This document shows positions 49,366 to 58,956 of a stretch of DNA of 64,000 bases, piece by piece. Source of the DNA: Parcubacteria group bacterium (GTDB lineage Bacteria > Patescibacteriota > Minisyncoccia > Moranbacterales > UBA2206); NCBI GenBank assembly GCA_041659505.1, contig JBAZYF010000003.1, forward strand, positions 22,026 to 86,025, written 5' to 3'. The position numbers and the translations under genes were made by a program. The notes below the pieces were generated by a model. It ran no database searches. It saw only the letters and a list, made by a program, of their open reading frames with translations, and was not told where the DNA came from. Position 1 is the stretch's first letter; every line of letters begins with the position of its first letter.

Positions 49366-50383
49366 TTTCGTAATATTTATAACCTAAATTACCACCTAGC
49401 AAAGTTCTTATGTCCGTGATATTATATTTAGCCATCACCCATCGATCAAGACCCAACCCAAAAGCAAAACCCATCCATTTATCAGTATCAATTCCTGCTC
49501 TTTTCATTACGCTTGGATGAATCATTCCTGCGCCACCCATTTCGATCCAGCCCACACCCTTACACAAGGAACAACCTTCGCCATGGCAATTAAAACATTG
49601 CATATCTGGACCAACTCCTGGTTCGACTTCTGGATAATATTTATTGCGAAATCTGATGACTACGCCAGGCCCATACATCTTCTTGAATAAGTGGTTGAAT
49701 ATTCCGAATAAATCCTTAAGACTCGTCTTCTCAACGACCACTACGCCTTGATAATGATGAAATATAAAGTGGTTACTTTTATTAACGCTCTCGTTTCTGT
49801 AAACTCTTCCTGGAGAAACAATCTTAAATGGAGGCTTATAATTAGCCAATGTGCGAGATTCAATCGATGATGTTTGCGTTCTTAATAAATAATCCGGCTC
49901 TTTGATATAAATAGTATCCTGCATATCTCTAGCAGGATGGTCAAGAGGAACATTTAATCTTTGAAAGCAAAATTCATCTTTTTCAATCTCTGGTCCATCC
50001 ATTATGCTAAAACCCATGCTTACGAACAAATCGTTCATTTCTCTGATAGTCTTAGATATGGGATGGAGATGTCCAATTTTTGAAATAGAGTAATCAAAGT
50101 TTTCCGATTGCATCTTCAGGCTTTCAACCAATTCGCCTTTTTTCATTAAGTCTTCTTTTTTCCTAAATAAATCCGAAGCTTCCTTGTGGCGTTGCTGTAT
50201 TAAAGGTGCCATTGTCTTTTTTTCTTCAGGTAATAAATTTTTTATTTCCTTCAAAAAAGATTTAATAGTGCCCCTATCGCCTAAATATTTTCGCCAAATA
50301 ACATCCATCTCCACAAGGTTTTTTGCGGTTGTCAAGTCATTTTTAAGCTCATTTATTGAGTTTTTTATATCATTTTCTAGCAT
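49340..50383 (-). CDS. pheS2: Second, divergent phenylalanine--tRNA ligase alpha subunit
   Basis: Starting at the ATG at 50383, MLENDIKNSINELKNDL aligns to the canonical MLKSKIEEVKKQV. Motifs YPEVEPGVGPDMQC and IEMGGAGMIHPSV match FPFTEPSFEFDISC and LELGGAGMINQNV in pheS. The ORF track extends to a TTG at 50446. Confidence 0.85.
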   Translation of the reverse strand: MLENDIKNSINELKNDLTTAKNLVEMDVIWRKYLGDRGTIKSFLKEIKNLLPEEKKTMAPLIQQRHKEASDLFRKKEDLMKKGELVESLKMQSENFDYSISKIGHLHPISKTIREMNDLFVSMGFSIMDGPEIEKDEFCFQRLNVPLDHPARDMQDTIYIKEPDYLLRTQTSSIESRTLANYKPPFKIVSPGRVYRNESVNKSNHFIFHHYQGVVVVEKTSLKDLFGIFNHLFKKMYGPGVVIRFRNKYYPEVEPGVGPDMQCFNCHGEGCSLCKGVGWIEMGGAGMIHPSVMKRAGIDTDKWMGFAFGLGLDRWVMAKYNITDIRTLLGGNLGYKYYENESIIQSN

Positions 50384-50514
50384 AATAAAAAAAGAAGTAT
50401 TAAATAATACTATTAAAACAATACACCGTTCTTTTAAAAAAATCAATGACGCTTAGCACATAGCGTGACTTCCGCAGTTACTCGTTAAATGCGCGCTAAA
50501 ATAAAATATCCAAA

Positions 50515-50886
50515 TCAACCAGTTTCAATAATCTTCTTAACCTCCCCTACCAACTCAGTTGGGGTAAATTTTGATTTTGGGATAAAACCATTGGCGCCCA
50601 AGTCAATTGCTTTTTTGCGATTGTCTCCCTCGCCGATATTGCTGAGCATAATGATTTTGATGTTAGCGTCATAGTCACCACTGCGTAAACCTTTTATTAA
50701 ATCAAAACCATCTATTTCCGGCATAATCGAATCAGTTAGCACAATATCCACTTTTTCTTTTTTAGCGACGCTCAAGGCGATTTTACCATTTTCCGCCAAG
50801 AAGACTTCGAAGCCGGAATCGGTAAATTTCTTTTGATAAATCTCCAAGAGCATTTGATCATCCTCGGCGATAAGCAGTTTTGGCAT
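50515..50886 (-). CDS. Stand-alone response-regulator receiver (CheY-like)
   Basis: MPKLLIAEDDQMLLEIY..VDIVLTDSIMPEIDG. Confidence 0.8.
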   Translation of the reverse strand: MPKLLIAEDDQMLLEIYQKKFTDSGFEVFLAENGKIALSVAKKEKVDIVLTDSIMPEIDGFDLIKGLRSGDYDANIKIIMLSNIGEGDNRKKAIDLGANGFIPKSKFTPTELVGEVKKIIETG

Positions 50887-50890
50887 AATG

Positions 50891-51307
50891 TTATTTTACT
50901 AAATTATTAGACTCAATTTTGCTGAAAATTTCCTTGATCTTTTCCGCCATTTGTTTTGTGGTCAAACCTTTTCGAACAATGAAATCAACCACGCCTAGTC
51001 CTTTGACTTTTTCGCGTATTCCATTGTCATTTTCGTCAATAAAAATTACGACAGGAAAACGCTTCATTCTTTGGTCGTCTCGCATATGTTGCAAAATATC
51101 CAGGCCATTATGCTTGCCCACTTTTGTGTCTATGAGAACAATGTCAAAATGATAATCATACAAAAGATATTGCGTTGCGTCCCATTCGCTGTCAGTCGCC
51201 GTTACGACGACTCTTTCCGCCAGAAATTTATTTGACTCAGTCAAAATAGTGCCTGGATCGGTTATGATAAAAAATGCATATACTTCTCGTTTTATTTCTT
51301 CCGGCAT
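50891..51307 (-). CDS. Receiver-domain protein
   Basis: DIVLIDTKVGKHNGLDILQHMRDD. 138 aa. Confidence 0.6.
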   Translation of the reverse strand: MPEEIKREVYAFFIITDPGTILTESNKFLAERVVVTATDSEWDATQYLLYDYHFDIVLIDTKVGKHNGLDILQHMRDDQRMKRFPVVIFIDENDNGIREKVKGLGVVDFIVRKGLTTKQMAEKIKEIFSKIESNNLVK

Positions 51308-51319
51308 ATTGTTTATAGA

Positions 51320-52075
51320 TTATTTTTTATCCGCTGTTTGCTCTAGGATTTCTTTGGGAGTTTCAATCGGCAATTCAACAATGAATTGCGCGCCTCTGTC
51401 CTTGCCTTCGCTCTCTACTAAGATTCTACCGCCATTTTTTCCGATAATCAAGCGATCCACGTAGAGATTCAGTCCAAGCCCGTCAGGATTAAAAAGACTA
51501 GTGCCTTTTCCACGAGAAATTTTTTGGAACAGCTTTGGGGTTTCTTCTGGCGCTACGCCGATGCCGGTATCGGAAATGGTTATGCGGATATTTTTCTCCA
51601 TTTGTTCGAGTTTGACTGTCACGCCACCTTTGGTCGTATAGCGCAAAGCATTATCCACGATGTCCGAGATGACTTTGCGTACCTTGACGCCGTCAACAAT
51701 GAGTTCCGGTAATGTGGTTTTTGGTTTTTTGTATTCCAAATATAACCCTTTGTCCTTGGCTTTAGAGGTAAAAGTATCCACCACTTCTTGGCAAATCGCT
51801 TCCAGCTTCTCCGATGCGAATGTAAAATCCATTTTATTGAGTTCAATACGGGGAATATCCAACAGCTCCTCAACCAAATTCGCCATTCGTTCATTGCTGG
51901 CATATACGCCCTTCAGTATTTCATATTGCTTTGGGTCAACTTTTCCGTATGATCCTTCCAGGAGCATGGAAACATAACCCTTAACGGCGGTCAATGGCGT
52001 TCTCAATTGATGAGAGGCGATGGAGATAAATTCAGATTTGGCCTTGTCTAGCTTGATTGCTTCTTCTTGACTCAT
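51320..52075 (-). CDS. Cytoplasmic histidine kinase (HisKA + HATPase_c)
   Basis: H-box SHQLRTPLTAVKGY. G-box region DTGIGV. Confidence 0.8.
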   Translation of the reverse strand: MSQEEAIKLDKAKSEFISIASHQLRTPLTAVKGYVSMLLEGSYGKVDPKQYEILKGVYASNERMANLVEELLDIPRIELNKMDFTFASEKLEAICQEVVDTFTSKAKDKGLYLEYKKPKTTLPELIVDGVKVRKVISDIVDNALRYTTKGGVTVKLEQMEKNIRITISDTGIGVAPEETPKLFQKISRGKGTSLFNPDGLGLNLYVDRLIIGKNGGRILVESEGKDRGAQFIVELPIETPKEILEQTADKK

Positions 52076-52446
52076 TGTTTTTCCATTAACTTTTTAGTTT
52101 TCGCCAATAACTCACTTGGAGTAGTATGGGATTTATTCACAAAAGCATCCGCGCCAACTTCAATGGACATATCCTCATCTTCTTGTATGTCATGATATCC
52201 CGTGATGATAATTTTCATATTCGGATTACTTCCATCTTTGCGTATTTTTTTCACAATTTCAAATCCGTTCATAAGCAAGCTAACTAAAACCACATCAATT
52301 TTTTCTTTTTCAATAATATCAAAAGTCTCTTTTTCATTCAAAGCGATGAAAACCTCAAAACCAGAATCGGAAAACTTTTTCCGATACATATCATCCATCA
52401 TTTTGTCATCCTCCGCGATTAATATTTTTGGCATAAACTTTATCAT
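52072..52446 (-). CDS. Stand-alone response-regulator receiver
   Basis: MPKILIAEDDKMMDDMYRKKF..IDVVLVSLLM. Confidence 0.75.
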   Translation of the reverse strand: MIKFMPKILIAEDDKMMDDMYRKKFSDSGFEVFIALNEKETFDIIEKEKIDVVLVSLLMNGFEIVKKIRKDGSNPNMKIIITGYHDIQEDEDMSIEVGADAFVNKSHTTPSELLAKTKKLMEKQ

Positions 52447-54278
52447 TTTTTAATTGTATTTTGAACTTGCGCTAAGATTTCTTCAGGAGTTTTCACCGGC
52501 AACTCAATGATGAATTGCGCGCCCTTGCCTTCGCCTTCCGACTCTGCCCAAGTGCGTCCGCCGTGGGCTTCAATGGTCAATTTAACCAAATACAATCCAA
52601 GACCAGTGCCATTAGCATTGAGCTTGGCGACATCTTTACGAGAAAATTTAGCAAAAAGTTGAGAAATGTTTTCCTTGGAAATTCCACTGCCCGTGTCAGC
52701 TACCGTCACACGGACAACTTGACCAGCAATCGCTTTTTTGTCCTGATCCTCTAGGCTTTGCGGTTTATAGCGAGAAGACGAGTCTAGCTCGACCTTCAGG
52801 ACAATTTTCCCTGCTGGTGTATATTTTACCGCATTATCCACAAAATTGAAAATGGCCTCAAAAATCTTGCTTTTATCCAAAACCAATTCCGGCAGTGCTG
52901 TTTTTGGTTTTTCGTATTCAAGCACCAGATTCTTTTCTTTGGCGGTCGGTTCCACATTAACATAGACGCCCTGACAGATATCTTCCAGTTTTTCTTTCGT
53001 GAAAGTCAGCTCTATTTTCCCCGACTCCATGCGTGTAACGGCCATCAAGTCTTCCGTCAGGTGAATTTGCCTATCATTAGCAGCATTGATATTTTTCAAA
53101 ACCTTAATTTGATTTTCCGGTATCTCCCCATAGGAACCCTCCAAAAGCATTGCCAGGTAATCCTTGATTGGCGTTGGTGCATGCAATAGTTGATGATTAA
53201 CTAGACCGATAAATTCTGTTTTGGCATTATCTAGTTGCCTTAATTTATCATTAGCAATCGCCAAAGAATCTGCCATTCTTTGCAACTCCCCTCCTCTTTT
53301 ACTGATTTCCTTGTTAGCTACTTCCAAGGCTTCTTTTCTTTTACTAATTTCCTTATTAGCGATGCTTAATTTTACATTTTTTCTATCAATCTTTTTATTG
53401 GCAACTTCCAATTCTTCTTTCTGCTGGACTTCTTTTTTGACCGAGTTTATAAGCACCCAGCCAAAAATTACCAACAAAATCAAGGTAAATCCGGTTAAGA
53501 GTTGATTGACAAAAGATCTTATAAAAAAGAATTGAGAACCAATAAGGATGACCAGCCACACAACCAACGCCTGCACCAAAAGAACTTTTATATTTAAAAA
53601 TTTATATTTAGTAATAGAATATGCCACAAAAAACACAAACACTATAGCACCGATAGGGCCAAAAAAAGAAAGTTTATCTAAACCAATAAGAGGGGCCGTG
53701 ACATTAGTTACTAGCGCCCATGCAATTAAAGATGAAAAGCCTATAAGAACCAATTTTATTTGTTTTTTTATTTGATCCGTTCCTTTTTTAAACTTTTTAA
53801 ATAACACGATAAAGGACCAAAGCACATACGTAACAAAAACTACCGGAATTAGATAATAGAGCGAACCCAAAACTGCATCGCAATCAGGAGTAGAAGAATC
53901 AATATATTCAATATTGAATTTGGTTGGTGCTAAAAAAATAAAAGGTAAAATTGGAATAAAGATGAGCAAAACTTTTTTCAATGACACATTATTTTCATCA
54001 GGAAAAGCATAGCTGAAATAAGTGAAGATTGCGGGGACAAGAACACCAACTATGGAAAGCTTGGAATAAATTTCTGATATATTCGGATCAATACTAACCC
54101 AATCCATCATAGTGAATAGAATCCACAAACCTATACTTATGGATAATAGAAAGAACAAGCGATTTGTTAGATTTTTTTTGTTACTGAGAAAAACCAAAAA
54201 CCCTAACACCATAACCAGCACTAAGCAGGGTATGAATGTATAATAAACTAAACTTGGTGCAGGACTACACATAAGCAA
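52443..54278 (-). CDS. Membrane sensor histidine kinase (multi-TM N-terminus, coiled-coil repeats, HisKA/HATPase_c)
   Basis: About 7 N-terminal TM helices. Repeated EALEVANKEISKR coiled-coil units. C-terminal ADTGSGI and GTGLGL (HATPase_c). Confidence 0.8.
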   Translation of the reverse strand: MLMCSPAPSLVYYTFIPCLVLVMVLGFLVFLSNKKNLTNRLFFLLSISIGLWILFTMMDWVSIDPNISEIYSKLSIVGVLVPAIFTYFSYAFPDENNVSLKKVLLIFIPILPFIFLAPTKFNIEYIDSSTPDCDAVLGSLYYLIPVVFVTYVLWSFIVLFKKFKKGTDQIKKQIKLVLIGFSSLIAWALVTNVTAPLIGLDKLSFFGPIGAIVFVFFVAYSITKYKFLNIKVLLVQALVVWLVILIGSQFFFIRSFVNQLLTGFTLILLVIFGWVLINSVKKEVQQKEELEVANKKIDRKNVKLSIANKEISKRKEALEVANKEISKRGGELQRMADSLAIANDKLRQLDNAKTEFIGLVNHQLLHAPTPIKDYLAMLLEGSYGEIPENQIKVLKNINAANDRQIHLTEDLMAVTRMESGKIELTFTKEKLEDICQGVYVNVEPTAKEKNLVLEYEKPKTALPELVLDKSKIFEAIFNFVDNAVKYTPAGKIVLKVELDSSSRYKPQSLEDQDKKAIAGQVVRVTVADTGSGISKENISQLFAKFSRKDVAKLNANGTGLGLYLVKLTIEAHGGRTWAESEGEGKGAQFIIELPVKTPEEILAQVQNTIKK

Positions 54279-54329
54279 AGAATTTATCTTTTACTAAAAT
54301 ATAGCACATAATTAAAAATAACCAAAATA

Positions 54330-54376
54330 AATAACCAAAATAAAACTCCTCAATCGCATGATTCTGCGATGAGGAG
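54330..54376 (-). terminator. Rho-independent terminator downstream of the OMP-like gene
   Basis: Hairpin ctcctcaatcgca-tgattc-tgcgatgaggag. On the minus strand it is followed by ttttattttggttattt. Confidence 0.5.
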
Positions 54377-54431
54377 CTTTAGCTATTGGAAGATATGCGT
54401 ACGGCTTCTACGCGAATCCCTTATTGATTTT

Positions 54432-55175
54432 TTACCAGACAGCGATATTCACTCCGCCAATAACTCTTGATCCGGTTTCAGCGATTCCCCCAAAGTCTTG
54501 CTGAAAAATTATTAATGGAGACACCTCCAGCCCACAGATTTTAATCGGAGTTGAGATTGTGCACCTGGCGAAGCTAACAAGCATTGGGTCGGTATCATAG
54601 ATACCGCTATTTCCGCCCGCTTCTAGCTTCAACGCGATCAACCATTCTCCGATTTTGAGGAAATCTTTTTTCTCAGCGCCGACTTTCCAAACAAAGCCAC
54701 CTCTACCGATGTATTCTTCACGAATGGAAAACATCTTTTCAAGGTAAGCAAATGGCACAAAGCCATATACCTCTTGAAATTTGACACCGGCATATGCTCC
54801 GATAGAATCTCCTTCCATATCACTCAGTGTGTCCACGTTATAGTACACAACGCCGAGATCAAATGTGAGACCCTTGATTTTGAATGAATCTCCGAGATAC
54901 ACGTCAACCTCATCAAAACCTTTCTCGGAAATATAACTGAGGGCTCCGAAATATAGTCCCGATGGATTATGTGTTAGCGAGAAGCCAGCCGTTGTCATCA
55001 GACCATTGGTATATTCGCCTGTGTTTTCATTGATGTAGGAAGAGAAAACTCCCAACTCCGCAGAAACCAAAAAGGTTTTTTCTTTTTCTTCTCCAGACAC
55101 TTCCGCGGCTCTTACTAAAGCCGAACTGAAGAAAGCCATAACCAGCATCATTGAAGCTATATATGCTCTTTTCAA
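54432..55175 (-). CDS. Putative outer-membrane β-barrel protein (signal peptide, alternating amphipathic strands, C-terminal aromatic residue)
   Basis: MKRAYIASMMLVMAFFSSALVRAAE signal peptide. Ends ...VNIAVW. Confidence 0.45.
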   Translation of the reverse strand: MKRAYIASMMLVMAFFSSALVRAAEVSGEEKEKTFLVSAELGVFSSYINENTGEYTNGLMTTAGFSLTHNPSGLYFGALSYISEKGFDEVDVYLGDSFKIKGLTFDLGVVYYNVDTLSDMEGDSIGAYAGVKFQEVYGFVPFAYLEKMFSIREEYIGRGGFVWKVGAEKKDFLKIGEWLIALKLEAGGNSGIYDTDPMLVSFARCTISTPIKICGLEVSPLIIFQQDFGGIAETGSRVIGGVNIAVW

Positions 55176-55190
55176 CTTATTCTCCTTTTT

Positions 55191-55721
55191 TTAAGCAACC
55201 GCTATGGTTTCAATGTAATCGAAAGGCTCTTCATTACAATCAACATACCTCTCAATTCTTCTTATTATTTCCGCTCCAAATTCCTTTTGGATTCTTTTGC
55301 TGAAGCCAGTAACGACTCGGCAATGAAAAGAAAATCTTGAAACGCGCCGATTGTTTGCTTCTCTAATCATCTCTGTAATGAGAAGCATCCCTATGCTGGG
55401 CCTAATACTGTTTTTATCCGCAATAACGATATCCACATAAAACATCCCGACATCGCTTGCTGCCATTACCGGATCCTCAATTAGATAATCCAGCACCGCC
55501 TCGTTATGCGGCCTCGCCAGAATATACCCCGAAATTCGATTGTCGCCATTTCTGTGAACAATGTTAATATTCCGTGGATTCTGAAATTGATCTTTGTAAT
55601 AATCAACGTCCGAATCCTGCCACGTGCCACTTCGCTTTCCCAGATCCAAGACCTGAGCAACAATCTCCGGCGTGAAATCAGCCGGTTTTAGAATTTCAAA
55701 CATAGCCATCCTCCTTTGCAC
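55191..55721 (-). CDS. Hypothetical protein (176 aa)
   Basis: ORF only. Confidence 0.35.
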   Translation of the reverse strand: MQRRMAMFEILKPADFTPEIVAQVLDLGKRSGTWQDSDVDYYKDQFQNPRNINIVHRNGDNRISGYILARPHNEAVLDYLIEDPVMAASDVGMFYVDIVIADKNSIRPSIGMLLITEMIREANNRRVSRFSFHCRVVTGFSKRIQKEFGAEIIRRIERYVDCNEEPFDYIETIAVA

Positions 55722-56191
55722 AGATAGTCAAGTGATAGTTTAAAAAGATAACCAAACAGGCCAAGCACGCCACCATAGACGGCCGTGCAATAGATACTTC
55801 CGATTGCGATGACTCCAAAGACTTTCCAAAATTGTTTTTTGGAACTTTCCCGAAAAAACAAATAACTGGCAATTGGGCTCGGCCAAATAGATAGCGCGAT
55901 GAAAGTCAATCTCTTGCTTTCTCTGACATACTTTTTAAATTTCAAAAGTCTGCCAGTGTCGCTCTTGATCCAATTTTTTCCGAGTTCAAGGAAGAGCACG
56001 TCTTCCTTGAGAAAGTCATACAGATAGACTCCCAAAAGGTTGACGATTACAATTGATGAATACAAGGGAGCAAAAACGGTAAAGCCGAATTTGATTCCCA
56101 GCCATGGTAGATAGACATAATCAAACACGTAATAGATCGCCGTTGCAAGCACATAGGCGAAAGTAAACTTAAAAGTCTTTTTAGTTTTCAT
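55688..56191 (-). CDS. Integral membrane protein, hypothetical
   Basis: About 4 predicted TM helices. Confidence 0.45.
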   Translation of the reverse strand: MKTKKTFKFTFAYVLATAIYYVFDYVYLPWLGIKFGFTVFAPLYSSIVIVNLLGVYLYDFLKEDVLFLELGKNWIKSDTGRLLKFKKYVRESKRLTFIALSIWPSPIASYLFFRESSKKQFWKVFGVIAIGSIYCTAVYGGVLGLFGYLFKLSLDYLCKGGWLCLKF

Positions 56192-56264
56192 GCTCCCTCC
56201 TATGCGTTGAATTTTAGGAACAGATTTTTTCTGTCCTCCGTTATGCTATTGTCAAAAAACAACC

Positions 56265-57074
56265 CTAAACAGTAGCATATTTCTCCTTCATTGTCAAGCG
56301 AACCGGCGATCGATAAGCGCGAAATCCCCGTAATAGAGACTTTTTCGCAATTTTTTCGATAAAAAGAAAGGCACCTTTTTCCCCGAAACTGGGAATAAAG
56401 ACGTCTGAACGCGACACACGGGAAAAATGTTTTTTGGCTATTCCATCTACAATCTTAATCATATTCAAATAATAGCCATTGGTTTCCGAAGCGCCAGCTT
56501 GAATACTCATCCAGCCATTTTTTTGGAGCACCTTTGAAGATATGGCGATCAGCTCTTCATAGAAATTGACAAAATCCTTTTTCTTTTTTCGGCCAATTGG
56601 AATGTCGGTCAGGTCGCAGATAATGCCGTCAAATTTTCCGTTGATTTTTTTGATTGTGGACTTCATGTGATGCAAGGCGTCTCCAATGTAGAGATTGACG
56701 CGCGGATCATCGAAGATTTTTTGTCCGAAGTGTTTTTTGCAACAATTGATCACTTCCACGTCCAAGTCAATTATTTGGATATGCGCATGGGGATTTTTTT
56801 CTAAAATCGATTCCGCCAGACTACCATCGCCACCGCCGAGGATCAAAATCTTTTCATCGGTTCTTTTGAGAAATTTGAGCATTTCTCTGTCATAGATGTC
56901 ACTGTCATCATCCGTTCCCTGGATAACTCCGTCGATAACGAGACAGCGCCCGAAGATATCCGTATCCACCACAGAAATGTCTTGGAATTCCGATTTGATG
57001 TTTTCCACAATCTTTTTTACCTTAATCTTCATTTTTTCTCCTGTGGAGTAGATGGGGATGTGTATGTATTCCAT
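56265..57074 (-). CDS. Spermidine-synthase-like polyamine aminopropyltransferase family protein
   Basis: ILILGGGDGSLAESILE...IQIIDLDVEV...DGIICDLTD. Confidence 0.55.
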   Translation of the reverse strand: MEYIHIPIYSTGEKMKIKVKKIVENIKSEFQDISVVDTDIFGRCLVIDGVIQGTDDDSDIYDREMLKFLKRTDEKILILGGGDGSLAESILEKNPHAHIQIIDLDVEVINCCKKHFGQKIFDDPRVNLYIGDALHHMKSTIKKINGKFDGIICDLTDIPIGRKKKKDFVNFYEELIAISSKVLQKNGWMSIQAGASETNGYYLNMIKIVDGIAKKHFSRVSRSDVFIPSFGEKGAFLFIEKIAKKSLLRGFRAYRSPVRLTMKEKYATV

Positions 57075-57573
57075 TTGCTTGGCTCTAAATTTATTAAAAT
57101 AAACTTTATAAAAAAGGACAGCCCGCGCCGTCCCCCTAAAACACTAATTTTAAATTGGAAAAACTAAAAAATAGACCAACTTTCTCCAGAGAGAAAGCAT
57201 ATTTGAGGTTTATTTGAAATAGAGATTTTCTGGTTTTTCGCATAGATTTTTGAATCTTTCTTAGGCTAAAATAACTTACCAGCCTAGCACAAAACAATCT
57301 ACTTGTCAATTGGCTGTTGGGCGACCATTTTTTGAGTTTAGTCCCAATCGACAAAAAAACGCCCGAATGGACGCTTTAGACAATATTCAATTCAAACCAT
57401 AAGTATTCATCGACTGAGTCGATGAATCAAATTCATCTTGTATCTGATCTATATTTGGTCGGAAAATTAGCATAAAATTCTTCTCTGTCCCCCACTGATT
57501 TTACCTTGAGGCTATTGTAGCAAGAAAGTGTGGAGAGAGCAAGCAAATATTTTTCAGTCACCTTTTCAATCAC

Positions 57574-58956
57574 CTATTGTTCCAAAATCTCCCAATATCC
57601 ACCTTTATAACCAATTCTTTTTAATACCTTTTTTTGTCTTAATTTCTTTATATTATTTTCGATAGCAGTAGTGCTAATTTTTAATTCTTCTGCTAATTTA
57701 TCAATGGTAATTTGTGGTTTCTCCCTTATCAATTCAAGAATCTTCTTCTCGTTTTCTCCCAACCTTTCTCCCAACTTTACTCCCAACTTTACTCCCAACC
57801 CTAACTGGTATCTTTCCATTCTTTGCTCAACACTCATCTTTTGCAAATCCGGCCGTTCAAAAGTGATGCTGAAGCGCACATCACTTACATCCAGCAAGGG
57901 ATGCGGTAATAAATATTCGTCCATCATCTCGCCTATTCTCATTAGTCCAGAGCCGATCTTCTCAACCAATTCCATTCTTTGCATTAGTCCAAAAAGAAGC
58001 GTGTTTCGGGGAAAACTTTTTTTGTATAAATCTTCAACCTTAATATTGCCAATTAAACTTCCAGGGTTATCAATTTCTACCCGGTCGGAAAAAATACTGA
58101 TTTGAATGTTGCCAATGGAAAAATAGTCCCGATGAGCGATTGCGTTAAGAAGCGCTTCCCGCAAAGCTTCCGCGGGCAATTCCAAAACTTCTTTTCTTGG
58201 ACCGCCACCCTTGATAATATACTCAGTATTTAATTTTGACTGCAAATAGTTAAGGGCTTCTTGGTAATTCGTATATAAGTCTGTATCAAATTCTTTTCTA
58301 TCAATTACTTTTGTTTTGGATTTACCAAGAAACAATGCGCAAGTGATCGTGGCACTACTGATAAACCGTGAGGCTTTATTGCAAAACATCAATACTCCGG
58401 CATTTTTCAGTTTATTATCTCCTAGCAATTCCAGGTTTTGCAAGACCTCATCCCGGCTTAGCTTGGTTTCTATGCCTATTTTTTTCAAAAAATTCCCATA
58501 AGCCTCGTCATTAAAATCTTTTACTAGATCAAATTTTTTATTCAATTTTTCGTCAAAGCGAATAAGGCCTTCGTCCATAAAAAGATCTCTAATTTCGTCT
58601 CGAGAAAGTTGTTGGCTATTAGCGCCCTGACGCATATAGAATTTTCCTCCAGTTGAATAGGGTTTCTTTTTGCCTTCGGGTACGTCAATAATCACCACGC
58701 CTTCAAATTCGCTTATACCCACCGAGAAGATTGGATCGAATTTTCTGACCAAGTCTTGAATTTCCGATTTCATCCGATTGTTTAAAGTGGCCGGCTTTAT
58801 TTTCCCATCATCAGTAACGCCAATCAAAATCTTGCCTCCATTGACATTGGCCATGGCACAAATTTCTTTGGCAATATTGGAAGTATAGCTTTCTTTAAAT
58901 TCAAGATTAAATCCCTCGCCCTCTTGGATTAAAAAATCAAGTTCTTTATTGTTCAT
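57574..58956 (-). CDS. Transcriptional regulator with divergent-AAA (Schlafen/AlbA_2-like) domain and C-terminal HTH
   Basis: N-terminal LEFKESYTSNIAKEICAMANVNGGKILIGVTDDGKI. C-terminal HTH region. Contains a 12-bp tandem repeat at 57757-57800. Confidence 0.65.
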   Translation of the reverse strand: MNNKELDFLIQEGEGFNLEFKESYTSNIAKEICAMANVNGGKILIGVTDDGKIKPATLNNRMKSEIQDLVRKFDPIFSVGISEFEGVVIIDVPEGKKKPYSTGGKFYMRQGANSQQLSRDEIRDLFMDEGLIRFDEKLNKKFDLVKDFNDEAYGNFLKKIGIETKLSRDEVLQNLELLGDNKLKNAGVLMFCNKASRFISSATITCALFLGKSKTKVIDRKEFDTDLYTNYQEALNYLQSKLNTEYIIKGGGPRKEVLELPAEALREALLNAIAHRDYFSIGNIQISIFSDRVEIDNPGSLIGNIKVEDLYKKSFPRNTLLFGLMQRMELVEKIGSGLMRIGEMMDEYLLPHPLLDVSDVRFSITFERPDLQKMSVEQRMERYQLGLGVKLGVKLGERLGENEKKILELIREKPQITIDKLAEELKISTTAIENNIKKLRQKKVLKRIGYKGGYWEILEQ

